DNA from: an uncultured Gammaproteobacteria bacterium | GTDB lineage: Bacteria > Pseudomonadota > Gammaproteobacteria > UBA4575 | Direction of reading: 5' to 3' | NCBI GenBank assembly: GCA_905479295.1 | Contig: CAJQLY010000002.1 | Coordinates: 7,812 to 71,811, forward strand | Length of the DNA: 64,000 nt | The notes under the pieces: model-generated | What the model was told of the DNA's origin: nothing | Database searches by the model: none | Seen by the model: the letters and a program-made list of their open reading frames with translations, nothing else | Program-made: the position numbers and the translations under genes | Shown here: positions 32,105-42,371 of the stretch, piece after piece | Layout of the letters: every line of letters begins with the position of its first letter | How positions within the stretch are numbered: the stretch's first letter is position 1

Positions 32105-33964
32105 TTAGTCGCGTGACTTAGGTCGACTGAATGTTTTCTTTGGTCCTTTACCAGTCGGCTTGCCAGAAAACTTTTTAGCACCACCAGGCTTGCGTTGTGA
32201 ACTACGTGGTTTTTTATCACTACGTGGTTTACGTGTAGGCGTCGACTCTTTTCCATTTTCAGTGGCCTTGCCAATATTCAATTGCTGTCCTGCAACCCAG
32301 ACACCTCTCAATTGAGCGAAGACTTCGTCAGGCATACCTTCAGGTAAGTCAACCAAGCTATGATCATCATAAATCTTGATGTGTCCGATATATTTGCTAT
32401 CAAGTCCAGCTTCGTTGGCAATGGCGCCGACAATATTGCCAGGTTTGACTTCATGATCATGCCCAACCTCAATACGAAAACGCTCCATACCAGCTTCTAG
32501 TTCACGATCAAATACCCTGCGCTTATTGTCTTCCCGACGGCCTTCAGAACGAGAACCTTCATCACGGTTAGAGCGCGGCTTGCGTTCTTTACGACCGCGG
32601 CCTTCACCTGCATCGGATGAGAAAGGCTTACTCTTGATAGGTTTGTTGCTGAGTAATAACGGTGTATCACCCTGTACCATTCTGGCTAGGGCAGCACCAA
32701 TTTCAACAGCAGGGATATTATGTTCTTGTTCGAATTTTTCGATCAATCCCGAAAAGAAAGTCAGGTCTTCATTAGCCAATGTATCGCTGATGCGTTGGTT
32801 GAATTTCTCGATACGTTTGTCATTAATAAGATTGGCGGATGGCAGTTCCATCATCTCAATCTTACTCTTGGTGGCACGCTCAATGGCACCAAGTAAACGC
32901 TTTTCGCGTGGTGCTACGAAGAGAATAGCATCACCACTACGACCGGCACGGCCAGTACGGCCGATACGGTGAACATAAGATTCAGTATCGTAAGGGATGT
33001 CATAGTTAATAACATGACTAACGCGATCAACATCAAGACCACGTGCGGCGACATCGGTTGCAACTAGGATATCGATCTTGCCTGATTTAAATTGTTGAAT
33101 CGTGCGTTCACGTTGATTCTGTTGTATATCACCGTTAATTGGTGTCGCTGCATAACCACGTGCCTGTAATTTCTCGGCAAGTTCAGTAGTAGCTGTTTTG
33201 GTGCGTACAAAGAGTACGATGCCATCAAAAGTTTCTGCTTCTAATATGCGTGTCAGTGCATCTAATTTATGCACACCACTAACAGGCCAGTAACGTTGGC
33301 GAATGGTTGAGGCGGTGGTTGTCTTTAGCTCAATCGTAACCTGATGTGGATCATTTAAATATTTGGTCGCTATGCGTCGAATTTGATTCGGCATAGTGGC
33401 TGAGAATAATGCGATTTGGCGATCAGGTGGTGTTTGATCGAGGATCCATTCAACATCATCAATAAAGCCCATACGTAACATTTCATCGGCTTCATCAAGT
33501 ACTAAAGCAGTTAGGCTGCTTAGGCTTAAGGTGCCACGACGCATGTGATCCATGACGCGACCTGGAGTGCCGACAACAACATGCACGCCACGCTGTAACG
33601 CACGGATTTGGCCGCGGTAATCTTGGCCACCATAAATCGGTAGGACGTGAAAACCATCTAGTTTAGAGGCGTATTTTTGAAATGCCTCTGCTACTTGAAT
33701 GGCCAGTTCTCGGGTAGGTGCTAAGACCAATACCTGAGGGTCTTTTTGTTTTAAATCTAGATTCGATAGGATCGGCAATGCAAAGGCAGCGGTTTTACCG
33801 GTACCTGTTTGCGCCTGACCTAGCACGTCGTTACCTTCCAATAGGAGAGGGATGGTACGTGCTTGAATCGGTGATGGTGTCTCGTAACCGATTGTATCGA
33901 GCACGGTTAAAAGTGCTTTCTTAAGATCAAATTGATCAAAAGACGTGATGCTTTCTTCGGACAT
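32105..33964 (-). CDS. deaD: DEAD-box RNA helicase DeaD/CsdA
   Basis: AQTGTGKT, PTRELA, DEAD, SAT, HRIGRTGR, DbpA RNA-binding domain (GNIVGAIANE). Confidence 0.96.
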   Translation of the reverse strand: MSEESITSFDQFDLKKALLTVLDTIGYETPSPIQARTIPLLLEGNDVLGQAQTGTGKTAAFALPILSNLDLKQKDPQVLVLAPTRELAIQVAEAFQKYASKLDGFHVLPIYGGQDYRGQIRALQRGVHVVVGTPGRVMDHMRRGTLSLSSLTALVLDEADEMLRMGFIDDVEWILDQTPPDRQIALFSATMPNQIRRIATKYLNDPHQVTIELKTTTASTIRQRYWPVSGVHKLDALTRILEAETFDGIVLFVRTKTATTELAEKLQARGYAATPINGDIQQNQRERTIQQFKSGKIDILVATDVAARGLDVDRVSHVINYDIPYDTESYVHRIGRTGRAGRSGDAILFVAPREKRLLGAIERATKSKIEMMELPSANLINDKRIEKFNQRISDTLANEDLTFFSGLIEKFEQEHNIPAVEIGAALARMVQGDTPLLLSNKPIKSKPFSSDAGEGRGRKERKPRSNRDEGSRSEGRREDNKRRVFDRELEAGMERFRIEVGHDHEVKPGNIVGAIANEAGLDSKYIGHIKIYDDHSLVDLPEGMPDEVFAQLRGVWVAGQQLNIGKATENGKESTPTRKPRSDKKPRSSQRKPGGAKKFSGKPTGKGPKKTFSRPKSRD

Positions 33965-34013
33965 TGGGTGCCTTAATCTATGTATTAGGGCCTAAGCCCG
34001 CTAAGAAGAGCGA

Positions 34014-34901
34014 TTAGTAAGCTAAAAGCCGTGCGGCTGCTTCTTCGTATTTCGCTTGAGTGTTTTCGACGATTTCTTGTGGTAGCTCTGGTCCCGGGGC
34101 TGTCTTGTTCCAGTCCAAGGTCTCTAGGTAGTCACGGATATATTGCTTATCAAAGCTACTGGGATTCTGTCCTGGCTGATAACCAACAGCTGGCCAGAAA
34201 CGTGATGAGTCAGGAGTCAGCACTTCGTCGATCAAAGTGAGTTGTCCATCCTTATCTATTCCAAATTCAAACTTAGTATCAGCAATGATGATGCCTTTTT
34301 CTAAAGCATAATCAGCCGCTGTTTGATAAAGCGTAATACTAATATCACGTACCTGAGTCGCTAGATCTTCACCGAGTAGCTTAACCGTCTCTGCAAAAGA
34401 GATGTTTTCGTCGTGCTCACCCACCGCTGCCTTAGTAGAAGGCGTAAATAGAGTGTTAGGTAATTTTCCAGCTAGCGGAATGTCCGCTGGCAATGAAATA
34501 CCACAAACTGAATGGCTAGTTTCATATTCTTTCCAGCCTGAACCAATGAGGTAACCGCGAACGATAGCTTCAATCGGTAAGGCCTTTAGACGTTTAACAA
34601 TCATACTGCGACCTGCAGCCTGTTCGTATTCATCTGTTGTTAGGTTTAGGTCATCCAGGCTCATATCACTAAGTTGGTTAGGAACCTGCTTAGCGAAGAA
34701 TTGGAACCAAAACGCTGATACTTCAGTCAGTAAAGCGCCTTTTTGTGGGATTGGCGTCGGCATAATGACGTCAAAAGCCGAAATGCGATCAGTCGCGATC
34801 ACCAGCATATGCTCATCATCGACACGATAGATATCACGCACCTTGCCTCGGTGCAGGATTTCTAAGCTGTCAAAGTTGGTATGATGGACGCTATCGGTCA
34901 T
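34014..34901 (-). CDS. purC: SAICAR synthetase
   Basis: GKVRDIY, TDRISAFD, ADTKFEFG, DEVLTPDSSRFW. Confidence 0.97.
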   Translation of the reverse strand: MTDSVHHTNFDSLEILHRGKVRDIYRVDDEHMLVIATDRISAFDVIMPTPIPQKGALLTEVSAFWFQFFAKQVPNQLSDMSLDDLNLTTDEYEQAAGRSMIVKRLKALPIEAIVRGYLIGSGWKEYETSHSVCGISLPADIPLAGKLPNTLFTPSTKAAVGEHDENISFAETVKLLGEDLATQVRDISITLYQTAADYALEKGIIIADTKFEFGIDKDGQLTLIDEVLTPDSSRFWPAVGYQPGQNPSSFDKQYIRDYLETLDWNKTAPGPELPQEIVENTQAKYEEAAARLLAY

Positions 34902-35037
34902 TCGGTATCCCGCTCAATAAGGGCGGCAATTGTAGTGCCATTGGCTTCAAATGGATATAGAACACAGGATATAGTACTGGCCTTATGACGCAAAAAGTTG
35001 GAAAATGCGCGTTTTTTATCGGTAAGAGTGCATAAAT

Positions 35038-35523
35038 ATGGCCAAAATTGGCATTATCATGGGCAGTGACAGTGACTGGCGCATCATGCATGCGGCTGAT
35101 CACATGTTAAATGAGTTCGATGTAGACCATGAATGTAAGGTGGTTTCAGCACATCGTACCCCTGAGTTTTTATTTGAATATGCATCTACTGCGCGTGAGC
35201 GCGGCCTGCAGTGCATTATTGCGGGAGCCGGCGGTGCAGCGCATCTACCCGGTATGGCGGCAGCAATGACCGATGTTCCAGTATTAGGTGTGCCAGTGCC
35301 AGGGAAGCATCTCGAAGGCCAAGACTCACTCTTATCTATTGTACAAATGCCCAAGGGTGTTCCAGTTGCGACCTTTGCTATTGGTGAGGCTGGCGCTGCC
35401 AATGCCGCACTATTTGCTATCGCGATGATCGCAAATACAGATGCGGCCCTAGCAGAAAAATTAGCCACTTTTCGCGCAAAACAGCGTGATCAGGTGTTGG
35501 CTAAAGTATTACCACCCGCATAA
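35038..35523 (+). CDS. purE: N5-CAIR mutase
   Basis: [34 protein letters not shown]. Confidence 0.98.
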   Translation: MAKIGIIMGSDSDWRIMHAADHMLNEFDVDHECKVVSAHRTPEFLFEYASTARERGLQCIIAGAGGAAHLPGMAAAMTDVPVLGVPVPGKHLEGQDSLLSIVQMPKGVPVATFAIGEAGAANAALFAIAMIANTDAALAEKLATFRAKQRDQVLAKVLPPA

Positions 35524-35591
35524 CATTAGATCAGCGTTTGTTTTAAAACGTCACTGATTCACCGCACAATTAGCAGAGTCAAAACAATACG

Positions 35592-36746
35592 ATGTCATTA
35601 GACGTAACATTTCCCTTAAAACCGGGTGCCGTACTTGGCATGTTGGGTGGTGGTCAATTAGGCCGCATGTTTGCCCTAGCTGCAGCTGAAATGGGTTATC
35701 AAGTTTGGGTTTACGATCCGAATGAAGTAAGTCCTGCAGGTGAAGTGGCTTATCGCCATATTCAAGCCGCCTATGATGATAAAACTGCTTTAGCCGAATT
35801 TGGTCAGGCCTGCGCCGTAGTGACCACTGAATTCGAAAATATTCCAGCCGATACGTTGCGTTACCTACAAAGCTATTGCCAAGTCTGTCCGAATCCAAAT
35901 GCCGTGCACATTGCGCAGAATCGGATTCGAGAGAAAACCTTTGTTAACGACCTCGGTATCCCGACCTCTGCATTTAGAGCGATTAATAGTTTGCAAGATA
36001 TAGCTGCTGCGACTGATCTCAATTTCCCCTGTATCTTAAAAACGGCAGAGTTTGGTTATGATGGTAAAGGTCAGGCGGTAGTCGAGGATCTTACGGCAGC
36101 GTCAAATGCGTTTACTGAAATGGGCGAAGTCGCCTGCATTCTAGAAGAAAAGATCCAACTCGAGAGTGAAATATCAGTCGTGTTGGGGCGTAATCAACAG
36201 GGTGAGATTAGCTTCTTCCCAGTTGCTCGCAACGTCCATAAAGACGGTATTTTACACATCAGTAGTGTGCCAGCTGAGGTGAGTGATGAGTTGCAAACCT
36301 ATGCCTGTGAATTGGCGCAGCGGATTGCTGAAAATCTCGACTATGTTGGCATTATGGCGGTGGAGTATTTCATCGACCAAGAACAGCGTTTGTTGGTGAA
36401 TGAAATTGCACCACGAGTACATAATAGCGGCCACTACTCACAAGATGCTTGTTCTATCTCTCAATTTGAACAGCAGGTGAGAGTGCTCTGTGGCTGGGTA
36501 CCAGCAGATACGCGTTATCACACACCAGTGGCCATGGTGAATATTCTTGGTGATGCTTGGCATCAAGGTGAGTTACCGGCTGAGTCGCTATATAATAACG
36601 TTAATATTAAGGTTCACATCTACGGTAAAACTGGTGCTAAGCCAGGTCGTAAAATGGGTCACTTTAATGTCTTGGCCGAATCGGTAGCCGATGCGATTAA
36701 GTTAGGTGAAACAGCCTATCAGCAAATGATGAATCCTCCGGCTTGA
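35592..36746 (+). CDS. purK: N5-CAIR synthetase
   Basis: GGGQLGRM, TEFEN, GYDGKGQ, NEIAPRVHNSGH, GRKMGH. Confidence 0.97.
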   Translation: MSLDVTFPLKPGAVLGMLGGGQLGRMFALAAAEMGYQVWVYDPNEVSPAGEVAYRHIQAAYDDKTALAEFGQACAVVTTEFENIPADTLRYLQSYCQVCPNPNAVHIAQNRIREKTFVNDLGIPTSAFRAINSLQDIAAATDLNFPCILKTAEFGYDGKGQAVVEDLTAASNAFTEMGEVACILEEKIQLESEISVVLGRNQQGEISFFPVARNVHKDGILHISSVPAEVSDELQTYACELAQRIAENLDYVGIMAVEYFIDQEQRLLVNEIAPRVHNSGHYSQDACSISQFEQQVRVLCGWVPADTRYHTPVAMVNILGDAWHQGELPAESLYNNVNIKVHIYGKTGAKPGRKMGHFNVLAESVADAIKLGETAYQQMMNPPA

Positions 36747-37753
36747 TGAGCCAGTCCATCCCAGAATTTTTCCCTGCTTTCCGCATTCATGCTGCCGATG
36801 GTTTCCAAGGTGCTGCGGTAGAGCAGATTTCCCTAGACCAGCTAGGCCTCGGTGAAGTGGTGCTTGAGGTGGAATATTCTAGTGTTAATTTTAAAGATGC
36901 CTTGGCCGGTAGTGGCAAGGGTAAGATCTTGCGTTTGCCTGAGTTAAATGGCGGTATCGATTTGGCTGGCACAGTGGTCGCTTCTGAACATGCTGATTTC
37001 ACACCAGGACAGAAAGTATTAGCCAACGGTAGCGGCTTAAGTGAAGTGCATGATGGTGGTTACAGTCACTATGCACGCATACCTGCTGAATGGCTGGTAC
37101 CGATGCCAGCAGGTTTGGATACGCGCAGCGCGATGATCTTAGGCACCGCCGGATTTACTGCAGCCTTAGCGGTACAGCGACTACTGGATAACCATCAGCA
37201 GGTAGAGCAGGGCCCTATTGTGATCACTGGTGCTAGTGGTGGTGTTGGTAGTTTTGCAGTGCAGCTATTAACGCAACTCGGCTTTGATGTGATCGCCATG
37301 ACGAGGAAGCAAGAACATCATGCCTACTTGCGTTCCTTAGGCGCGCAGGATGTACGACATAGCGACGAGTTGAAGAGTGATGCTAGCCCAATGTTAAAAG
37401 GGCAGTGGGGTGGGGCAATTGATAATTTAGGCGGCGATGTGCTTGCTAGCTTGAGTAAGTCAGTAAAGCCATGGGGCAATATTGTCAGCGTTGGTATGGC
37501 CGCTGGTGTCGAATTGAATACTAGTACGATGCCTTTCATCTTACGTGGTGTATCTATTTTAGGGGTGACTTCTGCTGCCTGTCCGCAAGCCCTACGAAAA
37601 AGTATTTGGCAACGCTTAGGCAGTGATTGGTTACCGCAAAAGATAGAGGCAGTCTGTGCTGCCGAGATCAGTTTGCAGGAGCTACCACAAGCGTTTGATG
37701 CCCTGCTGCAGGGCCAAGTGCAGGGTCGCCAGCTAGTTCGCGTTAAGTCTTAA
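36746..37753 (+). CDS. acuI: Acryloyl-CoA reductase AcuI/YhdH (MDR family)
   Basis: YSSVNFKDAL, GIDLAG, GTAGFTAAL, TGASGGVGS, MPFILRGV; ATG overlaps the purK TGA. Confidence 0.88.
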   Translation: MSQSIPEFFPAFRIHAADGFQGAAVEQISLDQLGLGEVVLEVEYSSVNFKDALAGSGKGKILRLPELNGGIDLAGTVVASEHADFTPGQKVLANGSGLSEVHDGGYSHYARIPAEWLVPMPAGLDTRSAMILGTAGFTAALAVQRLLDNHQQVEQGPIVITGASGGVGSFAVQLLTQLGFDVIAMTRKQEHHAYLRSLGAQDVRHSDELKSDASPMLKGQWGGAIDNLGGDVLASLSKSVKPWGNIVSVGMAAGVELNTSTMPFILRGVSILGVTSAACPQALRKSIWQRLGSDWLPQKIEAVCAAEISLQELPQAFDALLQGQVQGRQLVRVKS

Positions 37754-38982
37754 GTGGCAAAGAATACATAAGATAAAAAGACTGCCGCCGAGATACCGGC
37801 CGCATCTGCCAATAAAGCGCAGGCAATTGCGTAACGAATTCTTGTAATCCCCACTGCACCACAGTAGACCGCTAGTACATAAAAGGTAGTCTCAGTAGAG
37901 CCTTGCATGACGGCAGCTACTTTCGCTGGAAAAGACTCCACTCCCTCTGTCTGCATCACATCTAACATGGCGGCACGTGCACCACTTCCACTAAATGGTT
38001 TCATTAGAGCGGTCGGAAGTGCATCAACAAATGCGGTGTCGATATGCAGTAAGCCAAAGCCATAACTCAATCCAGAAATAAGCCCAGCGAGTAAACCACT
38101 GACACGTAGCATGGCAATAGCCAATAACATGGCGATTAAATAAGGGATTAATTCAATTGCTGTTTGAAAGCCCTGTTTGGCACCGCTGACAAAGGCTGCA
38201 TAGACATCGATCTTTTGGCGTAAGCCTGCGATTAGAAATAACGCAATAACCGCAAATAAGGTGAAGTTAGCAAATAACTGTGCCTGTTGACTCATCTGAT
38301 CAGCAGGCAGGTTCATAAAGTAGATAGCAAGGGCAATTGGAATCGCACTGAGCCCACCAAGATATAAAAGTACCGTGCGGTTGAATAGATCTAATTTCTG
38401 CACATAGGCAACACTGAATAGCCCCACCAGAGTTGAGGTGAAAGTGGCGAGCAAGATAGGGATAAAGACTTCAGTTGGGTAGAGTGCACCCTGTTGTGCA
38501 CGAAATAAAAAAACACTGATGGGTAAGACAGTCACTGAGGATGTGTTGAGTACGAGAAAAAGAATCTGTGCATTGGATAGAGTATCCGGCGCTGTGTTAT
38601 TTTTCTGTAACTGTTGCATTGCCTTAATGCCTAATGGGGTTGCAGCATTATCTAGCCCTAGGGCATTGGCCCCTAGGTTCATGGTGATTGCCCCCATGGC
38701 TGGATCACGTTTTGAGAGCTCAGGCATGAGCTTTCGAAATAAAGGATCTAAGGCAATAGCAACGCGCTCAATCAATCCAGCTTGTTCGGCAATTTTAAAG
38801 AACCCCAACCAAACTGCCATTAGACCAATAAGGCCAATCGCAATCTCGACACTTAAACCCGCAGTGTTAAATAAGGCACGGATGGCCTGATCAAAGATGA
38901 GTGTGTTGCCAAAGAATAGTAGTTGAATTAGGCAGGCCAGAAATGAAATTAGGATACAGCCAGCCCAAAATAAATTCAGCAT
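37750..38982 (-). CDS. SpmA/SpmB fused nucleoside-recognition (Gate) membrane protein
   Basis: NALGLDNAATPLGIKAM, KPFSGSGAR, QGSTETTFYVLAVY. Confidence 0.88.
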   Translation of the reverse strand: MLNLFWAGCILISFLACLIQLLFFGNTLIFDQAIRALFNTAGLSVEIAIGLIGLMAVWLGFFKIAEQAGLIERVAIALDPLFRKLMPELSKRDPAMGAITMNLGANALGLDNAATPLGIKAMQQLQKNNTAPDTLSNAQILFLVLNTSSVTVLPISVFLFRAQQGALYPTEVFIPILLATFTSTLVGLFSVAYVQKLDLFNRTVLLYLGGLSAIPIALAIYFMNLPADQMSQQAQLFANFTLFAVIALFLIAGLRQKIDVYAAFVSGAKQGFQTAIELIPYLIAMLLAIAMLRVSGLLAGLISGLSYGFGLLHIDTAFVDALPTALMKPFSGSGARAAMLDVMQTEGVESFPAKVAAVMQGSTETTFYVLAVYCGAVGITRIRYAIACALLADAAGISAAVFLSYVFFAT

Positions 38983-38985
38983 ATG

Positions 38986-39303
38986 CTATCGGCCAATCGC
39001 CAGGTAGAAAGGCAGCCACATGACAATCATGAATGCGACGGCCGCTAATTCTGTCCAGAGAATGATGCGAAAGCGTTTACTCTCTTCACCACTGCTATCG
39101 CTGGCACGTATCTTCGACATCAAGGCATCGAATAAAATGACCATAATGAATAGTGGTGCGGCAGCTGGTGCGACCAGGGTTTGAACCATCTCCCAACCAG
39201 AGTAGGCAATGTAAGATCCTGGTTCAGGACGGATTAACACATTAAAGATGCCAAGAGCGATTAGGCCCCCGCGGAGTAAGCCTAATGACTTTAGATAGTT
39301 CAT
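38986..39303 (-). CDS. Hypothetical membrane protein
   Basis: 105 aa, three hydrophobic segments, 3 nt upstream of the spmAB start. Confidence 0.7.
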   Translation of the reverse strand: MNYLKSLGLLRGGLIALGIFNVLIRPEPGSYIAYSGWEMVQTLVAPAAAPLFIMVILFDALMSKIRASDSSGEESKRFRIILWTELAAVAFMIVMWLPFYLAIGR

Positions 39304-39496
39304 AGAAGGTAACGTGGAAAATAAAAGCCTAGTGTATCAAAAATTTCGCTAGGTAGGTGTTGCATAAAGTGTTGTTAGTTTGACCCTTGTAAAGGTGGAT
39401 ATGAAGGGGTTTTGGTATGTATAAATACAACAGGGCTATACTGAATTATCCTGTCTGCTAGGATGAATAAAATATTTAGTTACAAGGAATCTAGAA

Positions 39497-39922
39497 ATGA
39501 AGAAATTGATAGTTAGTTTATGTATTTTGTTTATGCCGTTCTCTACGTTGTTCGCTGATGGCCACGTCTCTACAGCACCGAAAGATGCTCAGGTTTATTT
39601 CATTCAGCCGGTTGATGGTCAGGCTATATCTTCACCATTTAGTGTGCGTTTTGGTCTTAAGGGTATGGGTGTTGCACCTGCTGGCGTTAAAAAACAGAAT
39701 ACAGGACACCATCATCTATTGATCGATTTAGAGCAGCTGCCAGACCTGTCAAAACCACTGCCTGCAAGTGACTATGTGAAACATTTTGGTGGTGGACAGA
39801 CGGAAGTAATTTTAGACCTGCCTAAAGGTGAGCATCGGTTACAACTTTTACTAGGTGATCATCATCATGTGCCACATCAGCCACCAGTTATGTCTGAAAT
39901 GATCACGATTATGGTCGAGTAG
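39497..39922 (+). CDS. DUF4399 exported protein
   Basis: Signal peptide, VRFGL.GM.VAPAG, TGHHHLLID, HFGGGQTE, H.LQLLLGD..H. Confidence 0.88.
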   Translation: MKKLIVSLCILFMPFSTLFADGHVSTAPKDAQVYFIQPVDGQAISSPFSVRFGLKGMGVAPAGVKKQNTGHHHLLIDLEQLPDLSKPLPASDYVKHFGGGQTEVILDLPKGEHRLQLLLGDHHHVPHQPPVMSEMITIMVE

Positions 39923-39991
39923 CCAATCAAGTAGTGCTAAATATAACGGTGTATGAGCGCTTTTTTTATGCTGTAGGTTTTTCGATTTTTA

Positions 39992-40324
39992 CTAGTTGAA
40001 TAACCTGATGAGACTGATCAGCACAAGGCTGCTTGCATTGCTGAGGAGGGCGACTAAAAGACTTCGGCTCCAGCCAGATGAAGAGAAAAGATTGATCAGG
40101 TAGCCGCTTAATGCAATGGCGATTAAGTAATTGACTGCCGGGATAGCAACATAAAAGGCGGCTAACTGGGAAACGAATATAGTCCCTAATAAGCGTGGCA
40201 ATTCAATGTTGATTAGTGAATTATTTATTGATAGATACTTATTGGTCAAGCTAATAGCAAGCCATAGAAAAAAGCTGTTAGAAATTAGATTTATTGCAAA
40301 TTCGTTTAAACTGATCAGAGACAT
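39992..40324 (-). CDS. Hypothetical membrane protein
   Basis: 110-aa hydrophobic, AT-rich ORF; no family recognised. Confidence 0.5.
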   Translation of the reverse strand: MSLISLNEFAINLISNSFFLWLAISLTNKYLSINNSLINIELPRLLGTIFVSQLAAFYVAIPAVNYLIAIALSGYLINLFSSSGWSRSLLVALLSNASSLVLISLIRLFN

Positions 40325-40554
40325 GTTGGTTGAGCCTTGTATAGGGTTGGATGTGATGGCGCAAATTAATAGCTTTCGCTTAATGTATATTTAAATAACT
40401 ATTTTATGTCATAACACATGGCTTTGTTCGGTCTCAAACTAAGGCCTGTTATAGCTTTTGTTTATGACTATCCAGAATGGGATCATCAGACTGTCTCTGA
40501 TGGTATTTTTTTTGGAGACTTAGGCCGGTAGAATATCTGTGATTATTATTTTTC

Positions 40555-40573
40555 GATAATTCTTATGACTATC
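40555..40573. promoter_or_regulatory. Fur-box-like palindrome upstream of the cytochrome c gene
   Basis: GATAATTCTTATGACTATC matches GATAATGATAATCATTATC at 14/19 and lies inside a 9-bp inverted repeat (40550-40578). Confidence 0.4.
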
Positions 40574-40634
40574 GAAAATTGTGCAATAAAGCGTAAGCGA
40601 ATGGGTATTCGTGGAGTCGCTGAATTAAGGAGTA

Positions 40635-40946
40635 ATGATGAAAGTAATTATTTTGGCAATGGCCACTATAGTAAGTTTGAGCACTAGCCTAGTACAGGCA
40701 GCGGATATTGATGCGGGTAAAGCGAAAGCAGCGAGCTGTGCTGGCTGTCATGGTGGTGCCGGTATTAGCCCAGCGCCAGTTTATCCAAACCTGGCAGGCC
40801 AAAAAGAGATGTACCTGTATCAGCAGTTAGCAGCATTCAAAAGTGGCACACGTGACAATGCCATGATGGCATCAATGGTTGCCGGCTTGAGTGATGATGA
40901 TATGAAAAATATTGCGGCTTATTACGCTAGCCTTTCTTGTCAGTAA
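40635..40946 (+). CDS. Monoheme periplasmic cytochrome c (c553/c554-like)
   Basis: Signal peptide, [28 protein letters not shown]. Confidence 0.93.
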   Translation: MMKVIILAMATIVSLSTSLVQAADIDAGKAKAASCAGCHGGAGISPAPVYPNLAGQKEMYLYQQLAAFKSGTRDNAMMASMVAGLSDDDMKNIAAYYASLSCQ

Positions 40947-40997
40947 GAGAGGATTAGATCAGCCTGACTCAGGCTGATCTGTAGTCGGTACAAAATT

Positions 40998-41048
40998 AAA
41001 GCCCGAACAGCATTAAGTCGTGACTTAATCTACTGTTTGGGCTTTTTT
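40998..41048 (+). terminator. Long-stem terminator after the cytochrome c gene
   Basis: AAAGCCCGAACAG...ATTAAGTC-GT-GACTTAAT...CTGTTTGGGCTTTTTTT. Confidence 0.75.
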
Positions 41049-41530
41049 TATAGGCCGACGTGTTCCAATCCCAGAGCAATAACCAAAACTACTAATCCAA
41101 TCAATAGGTTAAGCCCGACTAGCTGGCGAATCTGACCTAGGCTCTTAGCCCCTGCTGCAAAATCTTTTGCTTTTACTGCGCGCTGTAACTTTTGATAAGG
41201 CGCAAAAAAGACATGTAGATAGATCAGGATCATGACGATGCCAAGAGCCTGCATCAGATGTACATGTCCACCGACCGAGGCAAAGCCGTTAAAGAATGAA
41301 AAGATCATCCAGTAACCCGTTAATGGTAATAAAATGACTGCCAGCCAGACCCATAGGAAAAAGCGTCCCAAGGTTTGAGACCACAGGGTTAAACGCTCGG
41401 GTGGCGCTAGCACGCTCGCTGCGACAGGGCGTAGTGCCACATAGGCAAAGAACATACCGCCAACCCAGATGACAGCACTGATGCCGTGTAGGCTAATGGC
41501 TAAGGGGTACATAAGGCTATCTAGAGTCAT
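41048..41530 (-). CDS. CopD-like integral membrane protein
   Basis: LH.ISAVIWVGGMFFAYVALRP, FFLWVW, LTGYWM, IRQLVGLNL; start uncertain. Confidence 0.8.
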   Translation of the reverse strand: MTLDSLMYPLAISLHGISAVIWVGGMFFAYVALRPVAASVLAPPERLTLWSQTLGRFFLWVWLAVILLPLTGYWMIFSFFNGFASVGGHVHLMQALGIVMILIYLHVFFAPYQKLQRAVKAKDFAAGAKSLGQIRQLVGLNLLIGLVVLVIALGLEHVGL

Positions 41531-41663
41531 AGTGCGTGCTCGTAGTGAAAATGTGGCCCTAGTATAGAGCAGCAAGGCAATTTGCAATACTGACTTCATC
41601 TCTATGCAAAGCGCTATGAGCTAGGATAAAGTTGCGGTATAGAATCATAGATAAGGAAACACC

Positions 41664-42335
41664 ATGGAAAACTGGATTGCACCCTCGATTTTGGCGGCAG
41701 ATTTCGCACGTTTAGGTGAAGAGGTCGACAATGTATTAGCGGCCGGTGCGGATATCGTACATTTTGATGTCATGGATAATCACTATGTGCCTAATCTGAC
41801 GATTGGCCCCTTGGTTTGTGAAGCCTTACGAAAATACGGTATTACAGCGCCGATTGATGTGCATTTGATGGTCTCACCAGTTGATCGTTTGATCGCTGAT
41901 TTTGCGGCTGCTGGCGCCAGTTATATTACCTTTCACCCAGAGGCGAGTGAGCATATTGATCGCAGTCTAGAGCTAGTTCGCGGTAGTGGCTGTAAGAGTG
42001 GTCTGGTGTTTAACCCGGCAACGCCACTGCATTATCTCGACTATGTGATGGATAAGGTCAATATGATTTTATTGATGTCGGTTAACCCTGGGTTTGGTGG
42101 TCAATCATTTATCCCTTCGACACTAGATAAGGTGGCGCAGGTGCGCGAGCGTATTGTGGCCTCAGGCCGAGATATTCGGCTAGAAGTCGATGGTGGAATC
42201 AAGATTGATAATATCGCCGCGGTTAAGGCAGCTGGTGCCGATACCTTTGTTGCTGGCTCTGCTATTTTTAATAGTGATGATTATGCAATGGCGATCGCAG
42301 CAATGCGCCAAGAGCTGGCAGCGGCCAGTCGTTAA
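41664..42335 (+). CDS. rpe: Ribulose-phosphate 3-epimerase
   Basis: [37 protein letters not shown]. Confidence 0.98.
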   Translation: MENWIAPSILAADFARLGEEVDNVLAAGADIVHFDVMDNHYVPNLTIGPLVCEALRKYGITAPIDVHLMVSPVDRLIADFAAAGASYITFHPEASEHIDRSLELVRGSGCKSGLVFNPATPLHYLDYVMDKVNMILLMSVNPGFGGQSFIPSTLDKVAQVRERIVASGRDIRLEVDGGIKIDNIAAVKAAGADTFVAGSAIFNSDDYAMAIAAMRQELAAASR

Positions 42336-42371
42336 TCAGCGACTAGTGCGTTTAGGATAAGGATCTCTCTT

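Noticed and set aside
32526..32972. 148-aa antisense ORF in deaD, and the many other 60-125 aa shadow ORFs in the track
   Set aside because: They lie fully within well-supported genes on the opposite strand or in another frame and show no motifs.
34902..35037. PurR box between purC and purE
   Set aside because: ACGCAAAAAGTTGGAA matches only the left half of the consensus.
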